NCBI RefSeq assembly: GCF_006345805.1 | Contig: NC_043006.1 | Location: 105,090,001-105,154,000, forward strand | Length of the DNA: 64,000 nucleotides | Direction: 5' to 3' | Source of the DNA: Octopus sinensis | Taxonomy: Eukaryota | Shown here: piece by piece, positions 40,045 to 53,179 of the stretch | Position numbering within the stretch: position 1 is the first letter of the stretch | How the letters are laid out: each line of letters begins with the position of its first letter | Notes under the pieces: model-generated | What the model saw: only the letters and a program-made list of their open reading frames with translations | Told to the model about the DNA's origin: nothing | The model's database searches: none | Position numbers and translations under genes: made by a program

Positions 40045-42128
40045 TATTCACGTGGCAAAACGAACACCACTCAAAAATTATGAATGAAACAATGTAATAA
40101 AACAACCAACATCGAAAATAGACAAATTACCACGAATTCCCTAAAAAAACCATGATAAACCAAAACTCTTAAAAACATATAACGATAAAAACTCCCTTTG
40201 CTAAACTCTATAAACAAACCTATATAATAATCCCCCTAACCTAAACATTCACACACAAATACACACACGTAAACCACAGATTCACGACTTATACACATAC
40301 CTATACTAACTTATAAACCTCAATATACACCAAAACCCACTCACTCCCCACACAGACAAATTAACACATACATGCCAAAACCTAAATAACAAACCCATAT
40401 ACACATTCACACACAAACACACACACTCGCAAAACACACACACACAACAAATACATATACTCCCTCACATAAACGCATATACATACTCACTAAACTCGAT
40501 ATATACAACAATATTTACACACCCACACTCATACAGATAAATAAATTATACAACTAAAAACTCACACACAAACTCATATACATAAACACTCCTATGAAAA
40601 CAACATTAAATACATCGTAATTAACCAAAATATCAAAAATAACAATATGACATAAGGGTAAATAAAAGACATACTTACAAGTCAGTTTCAAATTATGAAG
40701 TGAAATTAAATTCTTAGCCGTTAAAAAAATCAAACCAAAATTACGTTACCATAGAAATAACTTATGTAAAAAAAGAATACGTTCCATGGAAAGTAAACGT
40801 CATTTAAATTATGAATGGAGAAAAAGAATAAATGGAACTAAAATAAATGGAACTAAAAACTATATCCACGTGGCAAACCAACACTACTTAAAAAAAAATT
40901 TATTATGAATGGATTCTTTAAAAAACTACCATGAAAAATCATTATATACATTTATGAGCTTTAGCTCACCTTAGCAGCTCTAACACAACTTGCAGTAACC
41001 CAAACCCATTCTCTATACCTACCTCACTACTACACTATTCCATTCACAATTCCAACAACGCTAGTCCACCACCCGGTTATTCACGTGGCAAAACGAACAC
41101 CACTCAAAAATTATGAATGAAACAATGTAATAAAACAACCAACATCGAAAATAGACAAATTACCACGAATTCCCTAAAAAAACCATGATAAACCAAAACT
41201 CATAAAAACATATAACGATAAAATCTCTCCCTTTGCAAACTCTATAACAAACCTATATAGCTCCCCCTAACCTAAACATTCACACACAAATACACACACA
41301 TAAACCACAGACCCACGACTTATACACATACCTATACTAACTTATAAACCTCAATATACACCAAAACCCACTCCCTCCCCCTCCCACAGACAAATTAACA
41401 CATACATCCCAAAACCTAAATAACAAACCCATATACACATTCACACACAAACACAACACACACGCAAAACCCACACCACAACAGATACATATACTCCCTC
41501 ACATATACTCATATACATACTCACTAAACTCGATATATACAACAATATTTACACACCCACACTCATACAGATAAATAAATTATACAACTAAAAACTCACA
41601 CACAATCTCATATACATAACACTCCTATGAAAACAACATTAAATACATCGTAATTAACCAGAATATCAAAAATAACATATGATATAAGGATAAATAAAAT
41701 ACATACTTACAAGTCAGTTTCAAATTATGAAGTGAAATTAATTCTTAGCCGTTAAAAACCAAACCAAAATTACGTTACCATAGAAATAACTTATGAAAAA
41801 AAAAAAAAAGAATACGCGCCATAGAAAGCAAACGTCATTTAAATTATGAATGGAGAAATAGAATAAATGGAACTAAAAACTATATCCACGTAGCAAACCA
41901 ACACTACTTAAAAAAAAAATTTTTTTTTTAAATTTTAAAAAAAAATTTATTATGAATGGATTCTTTAAAAAACTACCATGAAAAATCATTATATACATTT
42001 ATGAGCTTTAGCTCACCTTAGCAGCTCTAACAAACAACTTGCAGTAACCCAAACCTATTCTCGATGCCTACCTCACTACCACACTAATCCATTCACAATT
42101 CCAAGCAACGCTAGTCCACCACCCGGTT
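40045..42128. repeat. ~1.03-kb direct tandem duplication inside the PLE 3' region
   Basis: TATTCACGTGGCAAAACGAACACCACTC starts at 40045 and 41078. Both units end CTAGTCCACCACCCGGTTA. Confidence 0.9.
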
Positions 42129-43464
42129 ACAATTCCCAACTCCACACCCATTCATTCACAATTTCAACGACATTCGCCTCCACAGCGCTACATATAAGCC
42201 TCAACATATACACCGGAGATACACTTACACATCCGTGCGGATGGGTGAGAGTATACATTGAGTGTAGTGATGGGGCTCCCATTACTATACACATTTGTAC
42301 CTGTGTGGTAGTCTCCATGTGTATATTCACGCACGGGTATAAATGCAGGGGGTACACGCGCACGTCATTTGCGTGTACCCCCTCACATGTACATATGCAT
42401 GCTATTTGGGCTCGATATATGCAACAATGTAATCGCGCCCGCATACATGCATATGGGCGAATTGCACAATCAAAAAACGCACACGTGTGTGTGTGTGTTC
42501 CCTGGTTGTGCAATTCACCCATCTGGGTGTGAGTGGGTGTAAGCATATCGCTGTGGATGTCGAGCTTGATACGTATGTATATGAGTGTGTATTAGGGGGT
42601 TGTACGTATTAATTGTGTGCATGTGCTTAACGCACTTGCGTCCATGTATGGATGAATATATAGGGATTACTATGTGGGTGTAAATTGGGTATGGAGGGGG
42701 GAGTTTTGTCATTGTATGGGTGTGGGTTTCATTTGTGATGGTGGTTAGTTGGTGATTTGTAGTATGTTCTGTATATTTGGGTTAGTTATGTATTATTCTA
42801 GTGTGTATAATTGTATACATATAATTGGTGTGAATGGGATTAAGCCCATTTTTGGGGATGTATGTGTTTATTTATCCATGTGGGGCGGGAGTGGCCGTTA
42901 GGTGCATATGCTGAGGCTCACATGCAATTCCAGGTACAACGAATGAAGTGGGCACTTATATTTGTTATGGGTGTGTGTACTTTATTATAACAGACAATAC
43001 CCAAATAAAATCTGTCAATTCAACATACCAAATAAAAAACAAAAAACAAAGGGATCTTAAACATTGACACATACATACAAATCTCAATAAAAACACCACT
43101 AAATAACACCCATAAACATATAAATATATCCTCCAAAATACATATAACAAATGCATAATAAAAATACATAATAAAATAAAATAAAAATAAAAAAATAAAA
43201 ATAAATAAATTAAAAAAAAAAACCTAATATAAATTATTAAAGTTTTAACGTACCATAAACTGTTAAATTAATATACATTAAAAATGAACTAATTAAAACA
43301 AAGAAATATCAATAAAGACTAACTATAATTAAAGCCTAGACAACATAACCAAAAATATATTATCTAAACTAATTTAAACCAAACTAAAGTAACCTAAAAG
43401 GGAACTATTATTGCTATTTATCATCAGAACTCATTATATAGGTAAAGTAACTTATGTCTGCATT

Positions 43465-44903
43465 TTATTTTGCGCTCTTCACCAGTATTAAGTAAATTAT
43501 CATACTTATAAAATAAAATTCTTTAAACTCATTAGAGCATAAATAACAACAATTAGCTCCTATAGTATATGATTTAGTTTTACAAATTATTTCCCAAAGT
43601 AAACTATAATTAATATTTAGTGATTTAAGACTCCAAATGTACTTACTAAGTCCGGTTGAGTTGATTAAGTTTTTATTTTTAAAAGAATTCATATGTTGTG
43701 CGATTCTTAGTTTTATTTTTGAGGAAGTAGAACCTATATAAACCGCTTTTGTGTAATTATTATTCTTAAAGTTATTATCATGTAATGTAACTATACATTT
43801 ATACACTACATCGTTAATATCACAATTATTATTTAATATACAATTAGATTTATCTCTACATGTACAATTAATATAAGTCTTATCATTATTATATTATTAT
43901 CAAATAATTTCTTTTTAAAAATTATTCAGTTTATATTTATTAACTGAAGAAATAATGTTACCAACATTATTAGTGGTAGAGTAACCACTCCAAAATTATT
44001 AAAAGAGAAAATGTTTCTATATTTACGATTATCTCTAATAAATAGTTCTATAACATCTAAAATCTCTTTAATAATATTCGTTTTTACTTGATCTCCATAA
44101 GGAACTATTAACCAAATTTTATTCTTATTAACCTTATTATTATTATCATTATTATAAATATATTTATAATTCTTTATTTTATTAAAATTATTATCAGAAT
44201 TATATCTATGTACAGCATTTAAGGAATTATTAATATTATTAAATTTATCAATATAATTATTATAATAATTATTAAATTTATTTTTATTTATATTATTCTT
44301 ATTTATATTATTATTATTATATTTATTATTATTATTATATTTATTATTATTATTATTATTCTTATTTATATTTTTATCATTTTTATTATTTTTTTTATAA
44401 TATCTATTATTTTTACCACTAAACCTAACAAAATTATAATTATTAGAAGTATCTCGAAAATTAACAAATAAATCTTTATCACTAATATTATAAAATTTAA
44501 TATTCCTATTATAACCTGCCCCTCTAAGGGCCTCATTATAATAATTAGCATGTTTATTAGAAATCTCTATATCATAAGAGAGTAATGAAATACGTTTACT
44601 TATATTATTAATCAACGATTTTTTAATAGAAAATGGGTGATTACTATTAACATTTATATATCTAAGGTTCTCATTAAGTTTATGATATGGTTGTGTTTTA
44701 CCTGTAATAAGATTAAAATTAACATCTAAATAATTAACATTATAATTCTCCTTATATATAGTAATACTTAAACCATATCTTTTAAAGAAACTATATAGTT
44801 TTTTCTTATATACTTCTAGATTCCTATTAGTACAATTCTTTGTAACTAGTAGAAGATCGTCTCTATATAAACCACCCTCTATCTTAAGATTTTCTAATTG
44901 GAG
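43465..44903 (-). pseudogene. PLE reverse transcriptase (motif C to thumb) plus GIY-YIG endonuclease, truncated and frameshifted
   Basis: GLYRDD (YRDD at 44856-44867), NYLDVNFNL..G...PY.K, YINVNSNHP, KIWLIVPY. After two frameshifts (~43985 and ~43890): CTCRDKSNCILNNNC (CxCx5Cx5C), VVYKCIV...VYIGST...KLRIAQH..SF...LSKYIWSLK...WEII...CYLCSNE. Confidence 0.9.
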
Positions 44904-46200
44904 TAGGGAATTCGTGGTAATTTGTCTATTTTCGATGTTGGTTGTTTTATTACATTGTTTCATTCATAATTTTTGAGTGGTGTTCGTTTTGCCACGTGAA
45001 TATTATTTTTAATTCCATTTATTCCATTTCTCCATTCATTAATTTAGAGATGTTCGTTTCCAGAGCGGTTTATACTTTTTATACATATGTTAAGTTCCTT
45101 GGTAAAGTAATTTGTTTGGTGTATATGTTGAGGCTTATATGTACTTGTGGGGTGTGTGTGGGTGGGTTTGGGGTTTGTATTTGTTATGGGTGTGTGGTTT
45201 ACGTGTGTGTTTTTGTGTGTGAATGTATAGGTTAAAGGGATTGCTATATAAGTATGTTATAGTGTTTAGTAGAGGGAGTTTTATCATTTCTGTTTTTGTG
45301 AGTTTAGCTTATCATGGTAGTTTTATAAAAGAATCCATTCATAATTTTTGTTGTATTTGTCTGTGTGGGGTTGAGTGGGTTTTTTGGAGTATATGTTGAG
45401 GTTTATATGTATGTATTGGTATGTGTAAGTGGTGTGGGTATTTGTATATGTCGTGGGTGTGTGGTTTACGTGTGTGTATTTGTGTGTGAATGTTTAGGTT
45501 AGGGGGATTGCTATATAGGTTTGTTATAGAGTTTAGTAAAGGGAGTTTTATCATTATATGTTTTTATGAGTTTTGGTTTATCATGAAGGTTTGTTAAGGA
45601 ATTCGTAGTAATTTGTGTCTATTTGCGATGTCTGTTTTGTTTATTGCATTGTTTCATTCATAATTTTTAAGTAGTGTTCGTTTTTACCAAGTGAATATAA
45701 TTTTTAATTCCATTTATTCCATTTCTTCTCCGTTCATAGTTTTTGAGTGATGTCCGTTTTCTAGAGCGTGAATGTGGGTTGTATGTATGTGTGTGTGGGA
45801 GTATGAATAAGTATTGTGTTGAAGTATTTAGCTATTTTATTTATTTATAGTTGCCTAGACGTTTTTATGTGTGTATAGGGATATATATATAGGTGTGTGA
45901 TTTAGTGTATGTAGTTAGATATGGTTATATATAATTAGGTATATGTGTATGGGTGTATATATAGTTTATTATTATATTATTATTATTTTTTTGTTTTGTT
46001 TTATATTTTATATTTTATATTTTATAGTTTATATTTAATTGTTGATAGGTTTTTTTTAGTTTATATATTGTTTATATATTGATTATATATGGATTATATA
46101 TAGGTTATATATGGAATATACTTATATTTTTTCATTCATACTTTAATTATTTTAAAATTATTATTTTATATTTTAAATATTGATTTTTTAGATTGGAAGT

Positions 46201-46243
46201 CCACCTGAAGATTGTCGATCAAGACAAGAAACGATTGTAGTGG
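46201..46243 (+). ncRNA. minimal type I hammerhead ribozyme (inverted-arm copy)
   Basis: Identical to 38800-38842. Predicted cleavage after 46239. Confidence 0.88.
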
Positions 46244-46428
46244 CGGTTTTTTTGACTATTTATTAAAATTTTATGTATTGATTAAGTCTTTCCTTGTTTG
46301 TTTTGCAAAATAGTGGTTTTGGTCTCTAATAATATTTATAATATTTTACTATAAATTGGATTTAATCCTAAATCTGATTTTTTTCCTTGTAAATTTGGAT
46401 TTATTCCCTAATATTTATTATTATATAT

Positions 46429-46471
<43 letters not shown>

Positions 46472-46539
46472 TATGTATATATATAATCCATTTTTTTCTA
46501 CTCTTGGGCACAAGACCCGAAATTCTTGGGAAGGAAGCA

Positions 46540-46895
46540 GTCGATCAGATCGAGCCCAGTGCGTAAATACGTAACTGGTGCTTAATTTACCGACCCCGAA
46601 AGAATGAAAGGCAAAGTCGACCTCGGCGGAATTTGAACTCAGAACGTAAAGATAGACGAAATACCTATTTCTTTACTACCCACAAGGGGCTAAACACAGA
46701 GAGGACAAACAAGGACAGACAAACGGATTTAGTCGATTATATCGACCCCAGTACGTAACTGTTATTTATTCAATCGACCCCGAAAGGATGAAAGGCAAAG
46801 TCGATCTCGGCGGAATTTGAACTCAGAAGGTAGCGGCAGACGAAATACCGCTAATCATTTAGTCCGTCGTGCTAACGTTTCTGCCAGCTCATCGC
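46540..46895 (-). mobile_element. S1 SINE dimer
   Basis: Two GGCGGAATTTGAACTCAGAA cores (~46625 and ~46810), with the head near 46890. Confidence 0.85.
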
Positions 46896-47124
46896 CGCCT
46901 TCATATAATCCAAATAATAGTAAGACAAAGAAATCATTGAACACATCTTCAATAATTCGTTACAATCGTTTCTCTGCCAACCCTGCTGCAACGCAAGTTT
47001 GCAAGAAAATTGTAAGTGAAAATTTAGACATTACGTGGCACTTCACAACACTTTTATCAAAGATGCGCTCTTAAATTTTCAGTCGATTTTCATATATATA
47101 TATATATTATATATATATATATAT

Positions 47125-47270
47125 ATATACAACCGGATTTTTCAGCTTCCATTTACCAAATCCATTCAGAAGACTTTGGTCGGCCCGAGACAATAGGAGA
47201 ACACACTTGCTCAATGTTCCGACGGTTGGTCTGAACCGGGAACCATGTGTTTAGGAAGGAAGCGTCCTAC
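47125..47270 (-). mobile_element. AB SINE head fragment followed by a microsatellite (to ~47470)
   Basis: Similar to 6450-6580. Confidence 0.7.
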
Positions 47271-47287
47271 CAGGGATTATGTATGTA

Positions 47288-47348
<61 letters not shown>

Positions 47349-47387
47349 ATGTGTGTATATGTGTGTATATATACATATATATATATG

Positions 47388-47442
<55 letters not shown>

Positions 47443-47467
47443 GCATATATACATACATGTATATGTA

Positions 47468-48240
47468 TATACATATGCATATATGGTTATAGGACGTCAT
47501 AAAACGTAAACATAAACCTCCCCTTCCCCACTTTCGTTTTTTTCTCTCTCACCTTTTCTCTAATTCTTTTCCTCTCACTTCACTGTTCTCTATCTGTCCC
47601 TCTCTCGTTCTCACTCTTTCTCCTTTATTCTCTCGTTGCTCATAGGTGACCATCAGCCATCTTTCCTTTTCTAACTTGAGGTTATTTCTTTCCTTTTGAT
47701 CTGCCACACAGATCAGACGAATTCTTGTCTGTCTCCTCTCAAACATTGTTCCTCCAGCGTTCGCCACCTCAACTCGCTATGGCTTTGCAGCCCTTACTGT
47801 GTATTTTCACAGTCCTGTTTTTGTTACCAGCTTTGACCCTCCACAAATCCCAAATTTATTTTGCCTTGCGTGAGCAACTGTTATCCCGAAGACATATCTT
47901 GTTGTAATTGCTCTAAATGTTGGGTAGATAAACAGCCGACAACTGTTCCTCTTTATCTTACTTGTCTTGTTTTCCATTTGTTTCTTTCGTTGTTCACAAA
48001 AAAATTCATATTGCATGTTTTCGTAATTCGTATTTCATGTTGTTTACGCTTTATGACGTCCTGGACCCATATATGCATATGTATAAAGACACTGCCGGAC
48101 GAGATAGTGAAAATGTCGACGACCGCTCGGTTCAAATTCTCTCTTGACCGGAAAAGGTCAGAACTCTTTGTATGACCATCCTCCCTGTACACCTACATGG
48201 CCTTACTTCTGCTTTTTGAGCCAATAAAAATTAAATTAAA
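47468..48240. mobile_element. CR1-like LINE 3' fragments in opposite orientations
   Basis: Minus: LRWRTLEEQCLRGD (~47730-47770). Plus: TLPDEIVKMSTTARFKFSLD (~48087-48147), then an AATAAA/AAATT tail. A 45-bp inverted duplication lies at 47468-47512 and 48041-48085. Confidence 0.6.
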
Positions 48241-48260
48241 TATATATATATATATATATA

Positions 48261-48292
48261 ACCCTAACCCTAACTCTAACCCTAACCCTAAC
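48261..48292. repeat. short interstitial (CCCTAA)n telomere-type repeat
   Basis: ACCCTAACCCTAACTCTAACCCTAACCCTAAC. Confidence 0.85.
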
Positions 48293-48536
48293 GTACATTG
48301 ATAAACATTTTACCCACGGGCTCTTAAGGAGCGTTCTCGTTCGAATTGCTTTGCTGCGCCCCTGTTTTGTTTTGTTCTGACAACGTAATTCCTGGTTTTT
48401 CCTGAAGAGAAAGCTGCAATATGGTATCCTTATTTAATCAGAATTTGGAAAATTGTGGCCTTTGAAACATGTGTAGAATGTAATAAAAGGAATTCTGTAC
48501 AATCTTCGTTCAACTCCATTTCTTCCATTCACTAAT

Positions 48537-48569
<33 letters not shown>

Positions 48570-48629
48570 AGTGTGTACATATATGTATGTATATATGCCT
48601 ATATATGTATATTATTTGTATAGTTATGA

Positions 48630-48812
<183 letters not shown>

Positions 48813-48939
48813 TTTTAAGTGTATTAACAAAACTGTCCGACGAACGGGTACGTGAAACTCTGAGTACCAGCTTTTGTTATATTTCTGCTGCTTTTAAATA
48901 AAGCATTTTCTCAAACTACGGTAGTGTAAGCAGTAGTGC

Positions 48940-49100
48940 CGCTTAGTACACCTTTGGTTTAGTGAACACCTTAACGCGCGACACACGATTACCCGAAAGA
49001 CTGTTTTACGGCGAACTTGCGGATGCCAAATGCGCGAATGTTTGGCAGAAAATCCGACTCAAGGACACACTTGAAACTTTGTGAAACTACGTGCAATTTC
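48940..49100 (+). mobile_element. RTE-like LINE 3' fragment
   Basis: Translation RLPERLFYGELADAK...QKIRLKDTL. Confidence 0.65.
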
Positions 49101-49209
49101 CTTCTTATATTTTACATATATATTTCTTGCATTACAGCTCACCACGTGGGGATAATGGAAATTCTCCTCCTCCATTTGGTTACTATATATATATATATAT
49201 ATATAATAT

Positions 49210-49255
<46 letters not shown>

Positions 49256-49266
49256 CATATACATAT

Positions 49267-49297
<31 letters not shown>

Positions 49298-49312
49298 CAT
49301 ATACATATACAT

Positions 49313-49344
<32 letters not shown>

Positions 49345-49394
49345 TTGTGTGTATATATATATATTTGCATATGTGTATGTGTATGTATATATAA

Positions 49395-49875
49395 TTGGTT
49401 GAAAAGATCTTATACTGACCAAGATACAGTCATGCAACGTAACCAAATGAAGTTTGTTTCCAAGTTAATCTCCCTTATGTCCCACACACTTCTTTTATCG
49501 GTGTTGCAGTAATTGGATCCTATTAGTCAAGAAGCTCCTGTTGGTCGAGGAAACAAAAATGATATTGAGATATGGCCAAATCTGGAGAATAAGGAGTGTG
49601 GTCAACCAATTCACGCATAGCAACCATTGACACTAAGGACTTATGTGATGGAACATTGAAACAAGACTCTTTTTGTAAATTTGATTCCCCTTAATAACTT
49701 TTTGTAAGTCTCAGCAAATTGGCGTTGTTCTCTCCACTGATGGTGTGGCTCTTTTGGTGATAGTCAGTGATGACAATGTCTTTTGCATTCCAAAACACCG
49801 AGGCCGTCACCTTCCCTGCAGATGAAACGATTTTCGCCTTCTTTGGAGGAGATGAGCAAAAATGAACCAACTGCC
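49395..49875 (-). mobile_element. mariner 3' fragment
   Basis: Translation PPKKAKIVSSAGKVTASVFWNAKDIV and DHTPYSPDLA. Confidence 0.85.
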
Positions 49876-51399
49876 TTATAAATTTGTGCATGTTTGTGCG
49901 TATTATGCATGAGCGTATGGTTATGGAAATGTGAATTTATGTGCAAATGTGTGTATATGTGTTTATAATTAGACAACCAGTTTCCTGATTATGAAGTTCT
50001 GATTGTACAAATGAATGAAGTAGAGAGGCAGAGTGATGTAATATAAGCATAAATATTTTTCAAACATACCGAAATACGAATAGTCAACAATTTATCAAAG
50101 TCTGACTGGTTGGCTAAATAATTTCTGTAATTATTTGTCCCACATGCATATATACATACTTTGACATGCAAGAACACATAATGCTTTCAGCTCTTCATAT
50201 GCGAATGTACTTGAAGGGTTTCTTCATTTTTAGAAGTGTGAAGGGTTACAGAGTGAACTATGTTGAGAAAAGTTTCCTTAATTTATTCAAAGAGTTTGAT
50301 ATAAAATCGCTGAAGATGTCAGTCTATAAGCATTGTTTATTTCTTACATTTCACTTAGTTATACACCCACAGAAACGTTCTACTTACAGTATAAATATCA
50401 AAAACGAGAATATTGCAGCAAAGCTGCGTGCCATGTATACCATCATATAAGTTGTTTTATTCTTCTCTTCCGTTTTAACATGCGCATTGCGTTGTTTTCT
50501 TTATTCTTCTCTTCCGCTTTACGAATTCAGTGTACATTGCGCGTTCATCTGACGAACCTGCGTTCGTGAGATGGCTGTGAAATAACGCTGAGTATTAATA
50601 TAAACTACCACTTCCTATTAATAAGAGCCTCATTGGGTAGCGTTCTTGCGGTGACTCTTTTGATCCTGCTGTCCATTATTACAAACACACGCTAAACTAC
50701 AGAGTTTTGAACGTTAAGATACGTTACATACAGAACAGCCAATATTTAAGTTGGAAACAAGGACACACAATATGGTATAATACAATCCCTCCAATGGTTT
50801 AAATGCTCACTGAACTGATACGAAGGATTTCTTAAATCTAATAAATACGCATTTTTCTCTAGCTCATAATTATCATTATGTTTAATTTAAGGGCATAAAT
50901 AGTGAACTAAATTTGCACTAAAAATTCAATGCTGTTTTGACTTCTTTAGATTTGCAATAAGCCAAAAATATCCATCTTGGTGTGTGTGCCTTTGTAATAA
51001 CCATCCCCATTGCAGAACAAATGTCGGTCTTCTTTGCAATTAACATAAATATAGAGGGTTTATAGTTTGAACAGAATATCTTTTTTAAAATATTCTCTCA
51101 GCATCTCTATACATTCAGACATTGAAATAAAGAAATATATACATCCAGACATTGAGTGGAAAGCTTTACAAATTTAGGATCCACTTAAAGCTGGATTTTA
51201 CTGATGCTAATATTAACGATAATATCTTTTACAAATCAGGGATATCCGGAATTATATTACATTTTTGCTGTTTTACCATTGTGAATATTTCTGTTGTTTT
51301 TCTATATATATAAAACTTGTATCTACTTATAGTTAAAGCATCTTTGAAGTATGATTTAGAATCCAGAATATTTATTTAGAGGCAATAAGTTTTGAATGT

Positions 51400-52720
51400 C
51401 AAGTTGAAGTGATCTGACAATATTGTGGGCAATGTTGGTATAGTGGTTTGATAAGCGGTTTATATAATTTATCGGATTGTTTGGTTTATGGAATGGATAG
51501 TACATAGAGCAATTTAAGTTGAGGATTACGTCACGAGAATTAGCAACAGTAATATTTCACTTGGTGTTTATCTGAAATCCATGTTACTTAAAGAAAATGT
51601 TTCACTGTTTACTTAATCAATCGATTTATTTCCGATTGAGATTATTTGTAATTTATAAACTATCATCTCTTGACGTAATCTTCTGTCGATCTCTTCTAGT
51701 TATTTCTTGAAGTTAAATAACAGATCTGAGCAACTAAATAACTTATCTCTTCGGAATAATAAGCGTCCACTCTAAAGTCAAAAGAGGCGCTACAAGATTT
51801 CATGATTGAAAACACATTATGACATTTGAAAATTCTTATCTTAACTAGCAATATTATTCCGATTTTATTTCCATTAATAACGGATTTGAAATACTTACTC
51901 GCGAGCTTATTTTGAGAGAACAAGGAACAACATCGTTAGATATAAAGCTCTAAGTATCGATCCTTGTTTTTATTTGGAATGGTTTTATCACGTTGGATTA
52001 CAGGATGTGTAATATATGGAATACATCATTAATTAGTTTTGGGCTGTGCATCGTCGGCTCTATCATGTGGTCGTCTGAGAAGATTGTCGCTGATATCTTC
52101 ATATTGTGGATAAGTTCCGCATGGTTGGTGAAGCAGAGGTCTAATAAGTTATTACCTCTGGTTAGGAAGAGTAGGGTTTGTTCCATGAATAACATTTTCG
52201 TGAGATCAAGAAGAGATTCTGTTTGACTGTTTGAACGTCAGGCCTGGGATTATAATTCGCTCCTCGGCCGTCTAATCTTGGGTAAGTTGAAGACACCCAT
52301 AATATGTACATTAATCCGTCGATTTAGTTTTGTTATTACATCTTTTATCATTGTAAGGCTTTCCTCAAATTTACCATCATGATTGGAGGCATCGGATGGC
52401 CGATATAATATGCATATTGCTCTATCCAGTTGCTTTTAAGTGCATTATGAGTGTACCATATACTGAGTTTCAATGTGACAAGATTAGTTGTGTGACATCT
52501 TTACAGATGGACAACGCAAATCTTCTGTGACTTTTCTGTTTTGTCTGCACGTAATGCTGCATAAATTGGTATGTGTATCTCTGTATCATTTCTGTCTCCG
52601 TAAAGGAAATTCATATTACTTGACAGCTTGCAGAAAGATCCCTCAGGCACGCAATTTTGGGCTTGTTGTTGTCTTGTAGGAAACCTCTTATATTTGTGAG
52701 TGTTGGTGTCATGGTCGATT
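51400..52720 (-). mobile_element. CR1/L2-like LINE, AP-endonuclease region, degraded
   Basis: Translation NIRGFL..NKPKIACLRDL...SFTET, ILYRP, GVFNLPKI, TRGNNLLDLCFTN...FSDDHMI. Confidence 0.8.
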
Positions 52721-53179
52721 TTGCATTACAGGTGACCATCTTGGGTCTATTGTGTCTGGCTTGTGTTGGGCTGTGCATGATTAAGTATAGATTGCAACCA
52801 TGCCACTTGTTCCACACTTTAAAAACCTTCTGTTTATACAATTGCAACTCGCACTGCATCCGCATACAGCTTTCTAAGTCGTCTTCACTGCATGTGTGTA
52901 GTGTGATACAAGTCCCTCTGGGCGTGGTTTTATCCAGCCTTATTGGTTAAGTGGAGAGTACGTTTTGCCATGGGTTCCGTTCTGTCTGAGCTTTGACTGT
53001 GCGAAGCGGCAGTTCATCTGCATTTCTCCTTGTCAGCAGACATCTGTAAACCTGGAATTTACAGATGGTACTTCACGTATCTTTTTGTTTCTTTCTGTGG
53101 TTTCCCTTTTGACTCTGAACTCCGTGTGCATATACATATATTTGTACAAATGAGCAATTTTGTACGCGTGCGTACGCGT

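Larger units (their letters stand above)
38713..46331 (-). mobile_element. Penelope-like retroelement insertion: 5'-truncated copy plus inverted terminal copy
   Basis: Inverted arms at 38713-40143 and 44904-46331. RT/GIY-YIG coding remnant at 43465-44903 (-). HHR in both arms. (TA)n abuts the left end. Confidence 0.92.

Noticed and set aside
44900-46331. C-to-T hypermutation as the cause of the G/T skew
   Set aside because: Both arms show the same skew and C-containing blocks persist, so it is intrinsic composition.
50410-50682. Solo LTR or HHR (CTGACGA...GAAA)
   Set aside because: There is an ...ATTACA end but no matching TG start or TSD, and the HHR helices do not form.
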